Shown here one piece after another: positions 50,379 to 62,980 of a DNA stretch of 64,000 bases. This stretch comes from Glycera tridactyla (Eukaryota): assembly GCA_965644265.1 (NCBI GenBank), contig OZ286465.1, forward strand, positions 108,128,001 through 108,192,000, given 5' to 3'. The translations under genes were made by a program, and so were the position numbers. Positions within the stretch are counted from its first letter, which is position 1; every line of letters starts with the position of its first letter. The notes under the pieces are model-generated. The model had not been told where the DNA came from and did not search any database. It worked only from the letters and a program-made list of their open reading frames with translations.

Positions 50379-51234
50379 TTTGTTTGTTTAAGTTTAACGT
50401 CACTTAAACCCACTTGGGTTATATCGGACTGAAAAACTGAAAATGCTGAAGAAAAGAGTCACTGCCTGCCGGGGGCCGTCCCCACTCTTTGCGAAAGACA
50501 GCAGTGGATCTTTAACGTGCGTCAAGGAAAAGACTCCTATCAACACGGCCGGCCTTTGATATCCCAGTCGGCATGCACTGGGTTAGCATGCACACGATTC
50601 ATATTTGTCTAAATATTCCCAATTCATGCAAATAATCGAATATGTCTGTTGGATCGATTTTCATGAAAAGTTGCGTCATATTTTCAACATTGTAATACTT
50701 TACTCTAGTTTGCGATAGTTTTCTACAGTCGAGCAATAAATGTTCAACTGTGAGATGGCATCCGCATGCAAAGCAATTAGGATTGCCTTGTTTTTTCAGA
50801 AGGTGTGAATGGGTGAGATATGTATGTCCTATCCTCAGACGGGAAAGTACTATCTCCTCTCTTCTATTCATAGTTCTCACAGGGAATCTGTCCTCAAATT
50901 TTGGTCTGATGCGATATGATTTATTTCGCTTTTTGGTTCCCTATTCATTCTGCCAGAGTTGGTCAATATAGAGCTTTATTCTTGGTTTGAAGTCAGAATA
51001 ATGGATTTCCATCTCAGTGACTGGCAAACCTAGAGCCCTTTTTGCCGCTTTATCGGCTGCCTCATTTCCAGGAATTCCGATATGGCTCGGAATCCATACT
51101 CTTGCAAGATTTGCAAGAGTATACAGTTCCTGAGATTTCCCTGCAAGGCCTGCAGAGATGACAGGGAGTCTGTGAAAATTATGAACTTTTGTTTTTCCGA
51201 CCTTGATAAGTATTTGAAAGCCATTAGTAAGCAG
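50379..51234 (-). mobile_element. I/Nimb LINE 3' fragment with RNase H, inserted in Ngaro gag
   Basis: IIFTDSLSSLQAL (RNase H) and ORF 50599-50880; family B UTR and (GTTT)n tail; apparent 5-bp TSD agcag. Confidence 0.9.
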
Positions 51235-54200
51235 AATCAGGGCCTAGTTACAGAGAACGACCACGCACAGCCTGAAAAACGGAGGAGGAAGGCCTCTGAG
51301 CCTTACACACCATCTACCTTCATCAATCCCCTTGCACAACGACCGAGAACGACTGACCTTATAAACCAGCCACTGTCAACTACATTGACTGCTCCACAAC
51401 CCCAGACATCTACACCTAATGCCACAATCACGGCACCCACAGGTAATACAACGTACAAGCAGTGGCAGGAGGGCGAAGCCTCACCTGAAGATATTGAGGT
51501 TGCTCAGGACAATACAAATCTTGACATTCCATTACACCCCCTCATCAACCTATCTGAACGCCCAACAATGAAAAACGCACCTGTGGTGGGCATCACAGTC
51601 GACCAAAAGCTCAAACAGAAGATTTGGTCCAATACATATGTTTCTATGGACCAACTCCTGACTGACTTCCAGGATTTAGAGGATGGGGACACATTGACAT
51701 TGAAGCAGGGGAAAATTAGGGTTGTGGCTGGCAAGCTAAACCTATTGAGAAACTTCGACTCATGGGTAGAGGCCTGGGAATCATTCATGGCTGTATATTG
51801 TGAGATTCGCGACAATAGGGCTGATATTGAGGAGCTACTTACTTATGGCAGAGAAATTAGAAGAATTTTTTAAGAGTGGGGGAAAATGGGCAGAATATGA
51901 CCATCATTTCAGGTGGGTCTGTCAGTGGTCAGCAGTAGTGCCCCACCTTGACTAACTATACCAATCAAGTGGGACAAGGGCCCAGAAACAGGGTAATTTT
52001 CGTGGCCAAAGTCAGTCCCAGACCCAACATACCCCACCCGGATTCTGCATCCAGTTCCACACCAAAGGGGTCCGTCGCCCGCATAATGAAAACTGTCGCT
52101 ATAAGCACCAATGCTGGCAGTGTTAGAAGCGCCACCCATCCTACTTCCCATGCTATAGCAAAACCAATACCGTTGCACAGCAGGACAAAGACCATGACCC
52201 AATATTGTGATGCCATGAAATACATCCAAGATTTGTGGAATGGTGTTTACTTTGTCAAGACAGATATAAAGAGTGCTTTCAGGCTAATCCCCCTCCACCC
52301 ATCAGAGTATTGCAAGATGGGAATGGCATGGCAGGAACAATAGTATTATGACAAATGTCTGCCCCAAGGCTTGGGAAGTTCATGCCAAATTTTTGAACGT
52401 TTCTCCTCAGCAATGGAATGGATTTTCAAAAAACACTTCCCCTATGCAGTTGTCCTGCATTACCTAGATGATTTTCTGTTTATCGCCAAAGAGGCAGCAA
52501 TTTGCAAGCAATATCTTTATGGGTTCATGAGACTAACAACTGACCTGGGGGTTCCAATATCCGAGGATAAGACCGAGCCACCAGTGACCTGCCTGTCATT
52601 TATGGGAATTGAATTGGACTCGGTGGCATTTGAGGCAAGACTCCCAGTTAGCAAAATCTCAGAATTAACAGACATGATTCAAGAGGTATTGAGTCTTTCA
52701 AAATTGAAGAACGTGGAGATTGAGTCACTCATTGGAAAATTAAATTTTGCCACGAGTGTCCTTCCTGGCCGAGCCCTTTTACGTCATCTCATTGATGCAA
52801 CAATGAAAATCAAAAAGCCCTATCACAAAATTCGAATAACACATGGCATGAAGGCTGACCTTTTAGTATGGCTCAAATTCTTACAGAATTTCAATGGGGT
52901 CTCCATTTTTAGAAAACCCCAGGTAACATCTGACTCCATTAAGATGTACACAGATGCATCAGATCTTGGGATGGGAGGCTGCCTGGAAAAGGCATGGATA
53001 ATAGTAAGGTGGCCCAGAACATGGAAGAAATTGGACATCACAGTTCCGTGAAATTTATCCTATCCTGGTCATGATTTACATGTTTGGCTCCAGAATAAAG
53101 AACAATTCAATACGCCTGATGACAGATAACATAGCCCTATTCTACGCAATAAATAAAAACCTCAAAAAGCAAACAGTTGATGCATATTATCTGCAGAATG
53201 ATGTCTCTTTCTGAAATATAACATATCGTTTGAAGCTGAACATATACCAGGTGTAACTGACATCCTTGCTGACAAAATTTCCCGCTTGCAGGATTCTCCA
53301 GCATTGCTGACAAAATATGGCATGGATGCGCAAGCCACAGCCATCCCAAAGGAAATGCTGCCAGAAAACTTTGCACTGCCATGGGCAGGATTGCTGAAAC
53401 AGAGCCTGACAGCATCATTCAAAAGGTCTTAAGAGCATAGTTGGGAACTCCTCTCACAATTCATGAATCACATTTTGGGCAAACAACGGGCCATCCCAGC
53501 CTCTGCTGATGATATATCACTCTTTATTTCCCACCTAGCACTCAAAAGTATGCGGGCTTCAACAATACGGACCCACCTATCTGCCATAGCATTTGCCCAT
53601 GAAATATGCCTTGAACCAGACCCAACGTCTGCATTCTGTGCCGCCAAGTTGTTGAAGGCGATATCACGAAGAGATGGGCAGAGCACTAAGCGTACAGCCC
53701 TAGGATTACAACACCTTGCCAGGCTGATCCCTGCCATTGAACATGTCTTCAATGACACCTACAACATAGCCTTGTATAAGGCAAAATTTGCAGTTATGTA
53801 TCACGCTTGCCTGAGAGCAAGTGAAATCTGTGTCACAAACACTTTCACTCACATACTTAAGAGCAGGGATCTCCAGTTGAAAGGAAATGGGCCACGAAAG
53901 GACCTAGCCTTGACATTCAGGTCGTACAAGCATTCAGAAGGGTCAACCCCAAATTTACAGCTCCATCCATCTAAGTATCAAACAGTTTGCCCAGTCAGGC
54001 TCTACCAACAATACTGGCTCCCCCCTCAAGGCATTATGCTTACACCAGCAGGAAGGGCGAGCCCCTAACCAGGGTGCAGATTTCCCGCACCCTACGTAGT
54101 GTTTTGGGCTAGCCAGGGAACTTCAACATGCACTCTTTTCGCATTGGGAAAGCCACGGATATGGTTAGGCAGGAATTCACTGATCAGCAGAGGGAGATGG

Positions 54201-54415
54201 CGCTCAAATGCCTTTCGAGCATACATTCGGCCAGAATCCATACATGTGAAATAAACATTTGGGTCACAAATGGGTGTGATAGGCCTGATCATATATCCTC
54301 TGACATCTCTGGCCATCCTTTCCTAGTTGGCGCACCATTGAGTTTGCCCCTCCATGGTATTGGCCGTTTTTATCACTATGCCAACCTTGAAAGTTCGAGA
54401 CATTGCAAAATCACC

Positions 54416-54802
54416 CATGAGTTAGTCTCAGGGGTGTGACACCATAGCCCATTTCTCTTCCATATTTTGTGATATACTGTATTCCACTGATAAGTTTTTG
54501 AAGAATGGTGAAGTCACTCATGAGTTTGCCTCAGGGGTGTACAAACATGAATCGAATCAGCCGAATTACCTAGATCTTGTTCATGAGTTTGCCTCAGGAG
54601 CCACATATGGAGGTCTAGTCAATTATTCTACCCAAGTCATGTTTGGGGTTCTGAATCAGTGCATGAGTTTGCATCAGGTACTGGCACAGGGCTTATAGAA
54701 TTTTATAAACATGTTTTCTCTTCTAGACACATTCATAATCTAGGTATATTCATTTCACAGTTACGTTCTATCTCTTCCCTTGTGGACATGAGTTTGCTCA
54801 GG
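54416..54802. repeat. Five dispersed copies of 17-bp motif CATGAGTTTGCCTCAGG
   Basis: At 54416, 54519, 54582, 54662, 54787; spacers 86, 46, 63, 108 bp. Confidence 0.85.
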
Positions 54803-55354
54803 TCTCTTTGGAAGCGATGGAATGGCAATTGTGTTGCTGATGACAATGAGCACTGGTACCACAAAAGCAAGAACACTCACATATTAGTGAGTTACTTTCC
54901 TATACTTTCTCCATATATGTATATATGAATCATTAAAATGGTTAACAGGCACAATGTCATCATTTTCTCTGTCCATACAACCAAAAATGGTGTATCAGGC
55001 AACCATTTTGGATTTTGGTGGTCATTCTGAATATTTTCATCTGACAGCTTGACACTCGAAACAAGATTGTTCTATATACACTTACCATAAAATTAGTAAT
55101 GAACTAGGCCTGTAGGCCCCAAAAGAATGGCGGCAATACCACAGCATGACTCCTGTCTCTGAATATGAAAGTAACGCAAAACATCAATCTCACCAATTAA
55201 TACATAGATGATACAATTTTATCGAATGGTATCTCATAAAAACAACCTGAAGATTGACATAAGAGTAGTACCTATGCAAGTCAACATCATCTGTAGCTCT
55301 GAAATTGAAGCTCATTGGAACCTTTTTCTTGGGAGTTACCTTTTATTGATGTGT

Positions 55355-55500
55355 ATTGATTTCATAAATTTTCACCTTCTGTTACGGACCCAGAAGGAGG
55401 AGTCTTGAATGATCCCACCCATGCCCATTGCATGGGGGTCACATTATAGCACAGGTGGAGTTGATGTGACATTAAACCCCCAACAAAACAAACAAAACAA
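55355..55500 (+). mobile_element. SINE-like family A copy (diverged)
   Basis: ggacccagaaggaggagtcttgaatgatcccacccatgcccattgcatggg...gacattaaacccccaacaaaac. Confidence 0.75.
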
Positions 55501-55577
55501 ATATCTTCTCAACTGATCATGAACCAAGAGCCATCTCTATAAAAACCACTGATGCATCCAAGTGGTCCCCATTCACA

Positions 55578-56028
55578 CAGTCTTCGAATTTAGCCACTCT
55601 CCCGAATCCCGGGAGAGTGAATTTGGTTTAGGGAGAGTGAAAAGACCAAACTCACTCTCCCGATGGGAGAGTGTAAATTTTCCAGTTGATCATAGTTATG
55701 AATTTCTTGCGAAGACAGAACAACAAAGTTTTGACTCCTCCAACAATAAGCCCTATTTCTTGCGAGATGACTGTATATATATATATATACCTATACACGT
55801 TTGATTCTGAAGAAAAAATCTGAGCAAAACTGGTTTAGTGTTATTTGGATAGTCACTCACATGACGGATAAGTAGGAACTCACGCCATGATAAGGCATTT
55901 ACTCCCACTAACGTCTTGCTCTCACTTCTGAACAATTCCGGGAGAGTGGGTTCATTTTCGGGAGAGTGATTTTTTCCAGTCTGCTCTCCCGACGGGAGAG
56001 TGGTTGAAAAAGTTTTTCGTGAAGACTG
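55578..56028. mobile_element. CAGTCT-ended MITE with 6-bp TSD
   Basis: TIR cagtcttc/gaagactg; TSD ttcaca; repeated (a)ctctcccg..cgggagag hairpins. Confidence 0.75.
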
Positions 56029-57299
56029 TTCACATATCAGGGGCATCAGCACTCAAAAGTCAATTTTAGATGACCTCATAACAAGATCCATAAATCTCTC
56101 AGCAAATTGAAGACAATCATACCTACTGGGAAACTGCTGACATGCGAAACCCCATCCAACAGGAGACCCCTTCTGCAGAACAGCTTTCTTGTTTGGCATA
56201 GATAACTTTACCTTTCATGAGAGACCACTTTTTAGTGACATTTAGGGCAGTCTTTGGTCACTGACTTCACTGTGATTGATTTGATTAAAATGGCAAAGCT
56301 ATGATTTTGCAATCGATGAAAATATGTTTAGTGAAGACCCTTGACGGCAAGGCCATCTGTCATCAATTACGTTTGAGATAAAATACTGTAGTGAAATATG
56401 CAATGAGGGACCACCCTAAATGTTATTTAAAAGAGGTCTCCCAAAAGTGGTCTCTCATCATAGGTACAGTATATTTGACTACGTCAAATAAAGAGCAGCC
56501 CTGAAAAAGTGGTCTCCCTTCAGGGGTGGTCTATTGTCAGACGGTCTCTCATCACAGGCTCCACTATAAAACTATAATGCATGTGGAGGGACCAAACAAG
56601 ATATGAGGTTGGGGTCTGTGTGAATGGGAGGGGGATGGGGGAGAGCACTATCAGTACATCTGGGTCAACTGGTAGATCCTGGAGCCTATGATGTCTGGTT
56701 GCTCTGCTGGTGTAGTACAGACCTCCACTTCCTCCCACCTGCTCCCTACCTATAGTTAAGTCCTGAATATGATGGCAGAGAGACAGCATATGGTCGGGTG
56801 GATATTTCAGAGTAATGTCGTTTTGACAGACCCATCTTTTGACTATTTTTATAAAGTGACACAGTGGTGACTGGCAGAATTACACTAACATTTCATATTT
56901 TGGGCCAGCTTTCATTAGCCAGCTTTTTGATTTGTCTCACATTGATTCTGCTTCCTCATGATGGGATGATCTTTACTTTGTATCACATACTGCATTCATT
57001 TATGTAACAGTTCAAAGGATGTGATGAAAGTTTGTTAATGTATGTCACCATAGCTATTTTATGATAATATCTCCCATCAGCAGCAGCATGACTCTTCACT
57101 CCCCTGTTGGAGGATTGATATGGTGCAAACCTCAAGTCATTGCACTCATATATCATCTCTTTCATAGCAAATTCTCCATCCTAGAAAACTGTTTGATACA
57201 TCTATATCCATTTAGGCCTCAAACACCATCTCTCACCTAACATAAGGTTTCTTATCCATAGCATTCATGAGGGGACTATTTTCTCAGTGAGCACACACT

Positions 57300-58695
57300 G
57301 AATACATACAGTTTTTGGGCCTGCTGCTGCCATTGCTTCTTTGTGATTGCCTGCGTAAAGCCTGGCAGAGCCATTCTTAAAAAGAAACTTTTGCATCAAT
57401 TTGAAATGACTGAGTACCTGGGAGCCCTCGGTACGGTGATTTTTTTTCCGTCCGTGCCGAGGCTTCGCCATACCATGGGCTGGTCAGCTTTCCCCGGGAA
57501 TCGATAGATTGTCTATCTCACAATCCCTGAACACAAGATGATGGGGAAGCTGAGAGGTTGTCAAGTGGAAGTAGCTGACAGTTGTGGCTGAGAGTGCACA
57601 AGCAGGGAGACCACACACCACTGTTGAAAGATCTATGTAGTTTAGTAGGGAAACTGCAGTTTGCCACCTGTGTAATACCCACTGGAAGACCATTTCTAAG
57701 GTGACTCTATGACCTGGAATCCAACAGGGACAAACCATTCTGGCATTTATGGCTCACTCTGGGGCACAGACGGGACTGTCAACTTCAAGCATATTACTGC
57801 TTGTCAAGATGTTCCCTCACAAGTTGGCCAGTTCCAAGATAGTATTTCAGTGCGACAACAAAGTGGTGGTGGCCGCTAATAATAAACAGACTTCTAGGAA
57901 CAAATCAGTTATGGGAATGCTCAGGACAATAGTACTGGAACTCCTCCACAACATCACATTTAAATCACATTACATCCCATCGCATGAAAAACATTCTGGT
58001 TAATGCCATTTCTCTGTCTCAGGAACCCCCCGACTCTCGCACACATCAAAATGAAGGCACACCGCACACCCATACCACCGGATCTGCAACCGATCAACTT
58101 CAGGTCCTAGTATCCAAAATTTTCAATGAGACCATAGACGAGACTCTCTTACAAACGCAACTGGCAAAGATTTAAACATTTTGTGACAGGTCGCATGGGC
58201 CTCAGGTGTCTTTAGTTACGAACTGTCAACCTCAAACCAGTTTTACAATCATGGCTTGCCCTATGCTTGCAGTACAATGCCATCACACAACCTAGTAAAC
58301 CTAGTCACAGCCCTAGTAACCCAGAACTGGTGTGCCTGGTACCCGCGTTTTGCATAGTGACAATATCTGCTACAGGCAAACCGTCAGCCACCTACACCTG
58401 AGACCATTCCACTAGCGCAATTTCGATAGAAAATACCTGAAGATAGTTGATAGAGGATTCCGAAGGTATGTTTTCATTCAACCCCTCACTCCAAAAGATA
58501 TCGAGAAGAGAAGGGATGATGCTACACCTAGGCCACATCATCCCCGATGGCAACACTTCAAAGTAAAAGTCCCACGCCCATTGGTGACTGCCATTTATCT
58601 TACAAAATTTCATGCAGAAACCTCAAGAGGCCGCAGAAGCAACTTCGCCCTATTTCAGCGTCTATACTGAAAGAGCTTGTTCATGCCTTGAAATG
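57300..58695 (+). mobile_element. Second, more decayed Ngaro/DIRS element (RH and YR N-terminus)
   Basis: IVFQCDNKVVVAANNKQTSRNKSVM..HYIPSH..NAIS; KRNWQRFKHF; LRPISASILKELVHAL; interrupted by a family D fragment at about 58210-58580. Confidence 0.7.
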
Positions 58696-59325
58696 TTCGT
58701 TTGTTTGGGGTTTAACGTCCTTTCAACTACCTTTGGTTATATCAGACTGAAAAACTGAACATGCTGAAGTTTGTTTTTTGTTTGTTTTGTTGGGGGTTTA
58801 ACATCACGTCAGCTCCATCTGGGCTATATTGTGACGCCCATGCAATGGGCATGGGTGGGATCATTCAAGACTCCTCCTTCTGGGTCCCCAACAGAAGGCG
58901 AAAATTTATGAAATTCACAGACACTAGGCACTGCCGCCGGGGGCCGTCCCTACTCTTTGCAAAAGACAGCAGTGGAGTTTAACGTGCGTACAGGAAAAGG
59001 CTCCTATATCCAGCCAGCCTTTGATATCCCAGTCGGCATGCACTGGGTTAGCATGCATACGATTCATATTTATCTAAATAATCCCAATTCATATGAATGA
59101 TCAAATATGTCAGTCGGATCGACTTTCGTGAAAAGTTGTGTCATTTGTTCTAAATTGTAATACTTTAGTCTGGTCTGCGATAATTTTTTTACAATCCAGC
59201 AATAAATGTTTGACTGTGAGATGGCATCCGCACTGCAAAGCAATCAGGATTGCCTCGTTTTTTTTCAAAAGGTGTGAATGGGTGAGATATGTACGTCTTA
59301 TCCTCAAACAGGAAAGTACTATTAG
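58696..59325 (-). mobile_element. I/Nimb LINE 3' fragment with a family A SINE nested in its 3' UTR
   Basis: Family B body split at about 58770-58925 by family A; ORF2 end RIRRTYLTHSHLL at 59110-59307. Confidence 0.8.
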
Positions 59326-60475
59326 TGTAGGCGCCTATGTCCAAAAAAGAGGTTCGTGTTTTTTTTTTGTTAAAAGCAAAAACTCACTTGATTTTGAAAG
59401 CAGGTACCATGAGCTTCCAAAAAAATTAGGGTGGCATTTTTTCTGAACATTCTACGGGTATGAAATCCAAGATGGCGTCCAAAATGGCTGACGCACACAA
59501 AAAATGCCATATTCTTGCAAGTATGAAAGATACTTTTACAAAAGAAATGTTCAAATATATCATTTGAGACCAGGAAACTGATGGAAGCATCAGACTTGAG
59601 TTATATTATGATCATCGTCATGCTCAAGTTCAAAATGGCCGCCAATATGGCTGCCTCACATGTCCGTAACTGTAAATTACTAGTACAATCGCCAACAATT
59701 CAAAGCCAAATGCATTTTGTTGTCCAAATTGCAAACCCTATATCTATCAGACATATATTCATCACAAATAATGCACAATTTGCAAGATAAACATATATAT
59801 ATGCAGATACAATGGAACCTCTGCGATACTTTAGTCGATTGGTCAGTCCTATACTTACAATAGCCAACCTAGAAATGTTCCCTACCCTGAAGGTTTCTGA
59901 TGGATGTGTACTCCCATGGGGTCCCCAAGCAAATATAGCTTGGTTGTCCAAACCACAACCTTGAGCAATTTTGCTAATTTGCATGAATCCAAAATGGCCG
60001 CCGATGGCCATCTTGAAAATCTAACTTTTGGCTGGATTGACATAGAATGAAGTGTAATACCTCTTTTTGCAGGTTTCTGGGGTCACAGAATCCATTTCTG
60101 GCATTGTTTCATTGATTTGGAATATACTCTTAGAGTGAATGGTTGTTTGTTTACTGTTTGATGCATAGTTTGACAGCCAAATGGCATTTTGGGGCTGTAT
60201 CCCACAAAATTTTGGGGAAACCATTTTATTGTATTTACTTCATCTCTAGGGTACACAGGTTCAGGATCAAGTTGGTGTGAACATCTCACCATGAAGCATT
60301 CCAAGAAATCCAAGATGGCCACCATGATGGCTGCCAGGGTTTAGGGAATTAGTCTTTACAGTATATCTCAAGGAATAATGATGCTAGCAAAATGATCCTT
60401 GTGTCCTGATCTATGTTTTCAGGTCTGAGGGATCTGTCGGAAAAGACAGTGAAATAGGATTCTCAGCATCCTGTC

Positions 60476-60672
60476 TGTTTGTTTGTTTGTTTGTTTGAGG
60501 CTTAACGGCATGTATCAACCCACAGGACTATGTATGCCGTGTGTTCCTGGTTGAAGAAAGCTAAATGGTCTCTCCCCTGCAGACATCACTCTCACAAACC
60601 CTGAACACAAGATAATAGGGAACCTGAAAGGTTGTCAAGTGAAAGTAGCTGATGGTTCAGACACACCTCTAC
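60476..60672 (-). mobile_element. SINE-like family C copy
   Basis: Matches 15903-16095. Confidence 0.8.
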
Positions 60673-60704
60673 CAACTCTAACTCTACAGAAAAAGACATA
60701 TTGG

Positions 60705-61280
60705 ACCTGATGATGGCATATCTAACTATGTAACTGGCTCGAAGCTAACACTCAAGCCTGATAGCTATGCTTTTTTTATGCAAAGCGCAGTACTTGAAAC
60801 AAGGAAAAGCATCAGGTTCGGAGAATACTCAAACAATGTCTTCAATTACGAACTGTCAATTTCAAACCAGCTTTACAATCATGGCTTGCCCTATGCTTGC
60901 AGTACAATGCCATCACACAACCTAGTAAACCTAGTCGCAGCCCTTGTAACCCAGAACTGGTGTGCCTGGTACCCGCTTTTTGCATAGTGACAATATCTGC
61001 TACAGGCAAACCATCAGCCACCTACACCTGAGACCATTTCACTGAAGAGATAAGAAATAGCTTAGAGGGATAGGAAAGAGGTCAAGAAAAAGAAATCTGG
61101 TGATAGTGCAATTTTGGTAGAAAATGCCTAAAGATAGATGATAGAAAATTTTGAAGGTATGTTCCAATTCAACCCCCCCCCCCCCATTCCAAAAGATATT
61201 GAGAAGAAGAGAAGGGATGATGCTACACCTAGGCCACATCATCCCCGATGGCAACACTTCAGAGTAAAAGTCCCACGCCT
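60705..61280 (-). mobile_element. Family D fragment (probable CR1/L2-type LINE 3' UTR)
   Basis: Reverse complement matches 9340-9600; direct match to 58210-58580. Confidence 0.65.
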
Positions 61281-62789
61281 ATCTGACTGGCCTATCATGC
61301 AGTGAATAGGCTATTGAAGACATGAAATGAACTCATCAAAATCCTGAACACAAAACCCCCATATTTTTGCACATACATATCTGAACACATACAATAGGTC
61401 ATGAATAATCCCACTCCAGTCTACATCCTGAAACTCATTCGATGTTCACGCAAATGTGTGTTTCAAAACAGCTAGATGCATTTGTCTTTACAATCACCTG
61501 GCTAAATGCATTTGTATTTACAATCACCTGGCTGGCACCATCTCGTGCTTGTGAGCTACAGTGAACCCTGCAATGAAAAACCACCCTAAATATCACCATA
61601 TAGAAAAGCTGGCCTGAAAAGCGTTCTCCAGTTAGACGTGGTCTCTCATTGGGGGTCTCTCATCGCAGGTTTCATGAGAATGCAGGTGAGGACAACAACT
61701 TTCAGTGCACGTTTGAAACATTAACTTTCATCCTCACCAAGAATGTAATGCAGAGAAATGGTTATTATCATTTGTGTGCAATTCCCTTTCATCGATTTAT
61801 TTTTTCAAGTGAACTTTGGAAGATGATTCAGTCTGCATATTCACATGGGAATATGTACATTCTATAGAATGCATTCTCATATCTACCCCTTCATCTTCTA
61901 TATTCCGAATCTGACGAATCACTGAATTGCCAGATCTGTTTCAGAGTATTGGTGCATGCACTTCTCATCACGTTATTCAGATGTCATAGCTTGGTCTCAC
62001 CCTAAGAAATAGCCTGATTCTTATGAGATACTACATAAGTAACAACAGTCTCAGCTTATTGAATCAGAGTTAGACAGTATTTTGAAACAGTGGTTGCATA
62101 CATCCATCTACTGCTATCGACCTGAAATTTTGACCAATTTTGAATATAGTGACCAATGATGAATAGTAGCAGTTGGTCAACTATTTGTTAATCATGAGCG
62201 ACATCATTTGTATCTCTTCAGTATTCAATGATCCACCTCATACCTGTCAGTGTTTCAAGTCATGATGGGACTGTGATGATTATTAGGGCACCAGTATGTA
62301 CTGTTGCTTGGTAATTCTATTACGCTTTTTTTTAATGTCCAGACTGAGTTTAGGAATGTGTTGATGTCAGATTATGGTTTGGTTTGGTTGACTGTTTTGA
62401 CCGAGCTCAGTCCAGTACCACTGTCAGAGCCTGAAGGTTCCGATCTTCCCAGTGCTGCTGATAGCTATTATGGGTGACAGGTCTAATCTTGGGAAGGTGC
62501 AACCCTCTGCCTGTGATTGAATTTTGAACCTCCTCCCTTGTGCTTGCATGTGTGTGTATGCTGAGGAGGGGTATTGGTGTATTATTATGAGTATCACTCA
62601 TTTAGTCTTGAATAGGAAGGTTTCAGGATATGCTGGTGCCAGTTGTCAGTAGCAATGATTCGTTCGGTTCAGGTAACTGCTGCATTATAGTACATGCACG
62701 CACATGCCTCCTTTGTATTCTGTCTGCGGCATCATAATGATACACAGATAATAGGCTCACTCCAATTTTTGTTCAACTTCAACAGGTTA

Positions 62790-62980
62790 GTTTTGTTCTG
62801 TTTGAGGTTTAACGGCATGAATCAACTCAGGGGATTATTTATGCCATGTGTTCTTGGTATATGGAAGCTGCTAAATGTCCTCTCCCCAGAAGCATCACTT
62901 ACACAATCCCTGAATACAAGATTATTGGGAAGCTGAAAGGTTGTCAAGTGGGAGTAGCTGAAAGTTCAGACACACCTTTG
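62790..62980 (-). mobile_element. SINE-like family C copy
   Basis: tttgaggtttaacggcatgaatcaactc...agttcagacacacc. Confidence 0.8.

Larger units (their letters stand above)
50280..54900 (+). mobile_element. Ngaro/DIRS-type tyrosine-recombinase retrotransposon (gag, RT, RNase H, YR), degraded
   Basis: Gag VDQKLKQKIW..NFDSWVEAW..F plus a Cys/His finger; RT KTDIKSAFRLIP..YYDKCLPQGLGSSC..HYLDDF; RH YTDAS..TDN..HIPG..ADKISR; YR YHACLRASE..HSFRIGKAT; no methyltransferase between RH and YR, favouring Ngaro. Confidence 0.9.

Noticed and set aside
54416-54802. Calling the 17-bp motif array a CRISPR
   Set aside because: Repeat too short, spacer lengths too variable, eukaryotic retroelement context and no cas ORFs; kept as a finding only.
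13104-61186. Poly-G/poly-C runs as functional G-quadruplexes
   Set aside because: Simple homopolymers scattered without positional pattern and prone to sequencing error.
62040-62260. Mutator transposase remnant (minus frame ...FRSIAVDGC...) inside the foldback
   Set aside because: A single short motif among many stops; insufficient evidence.
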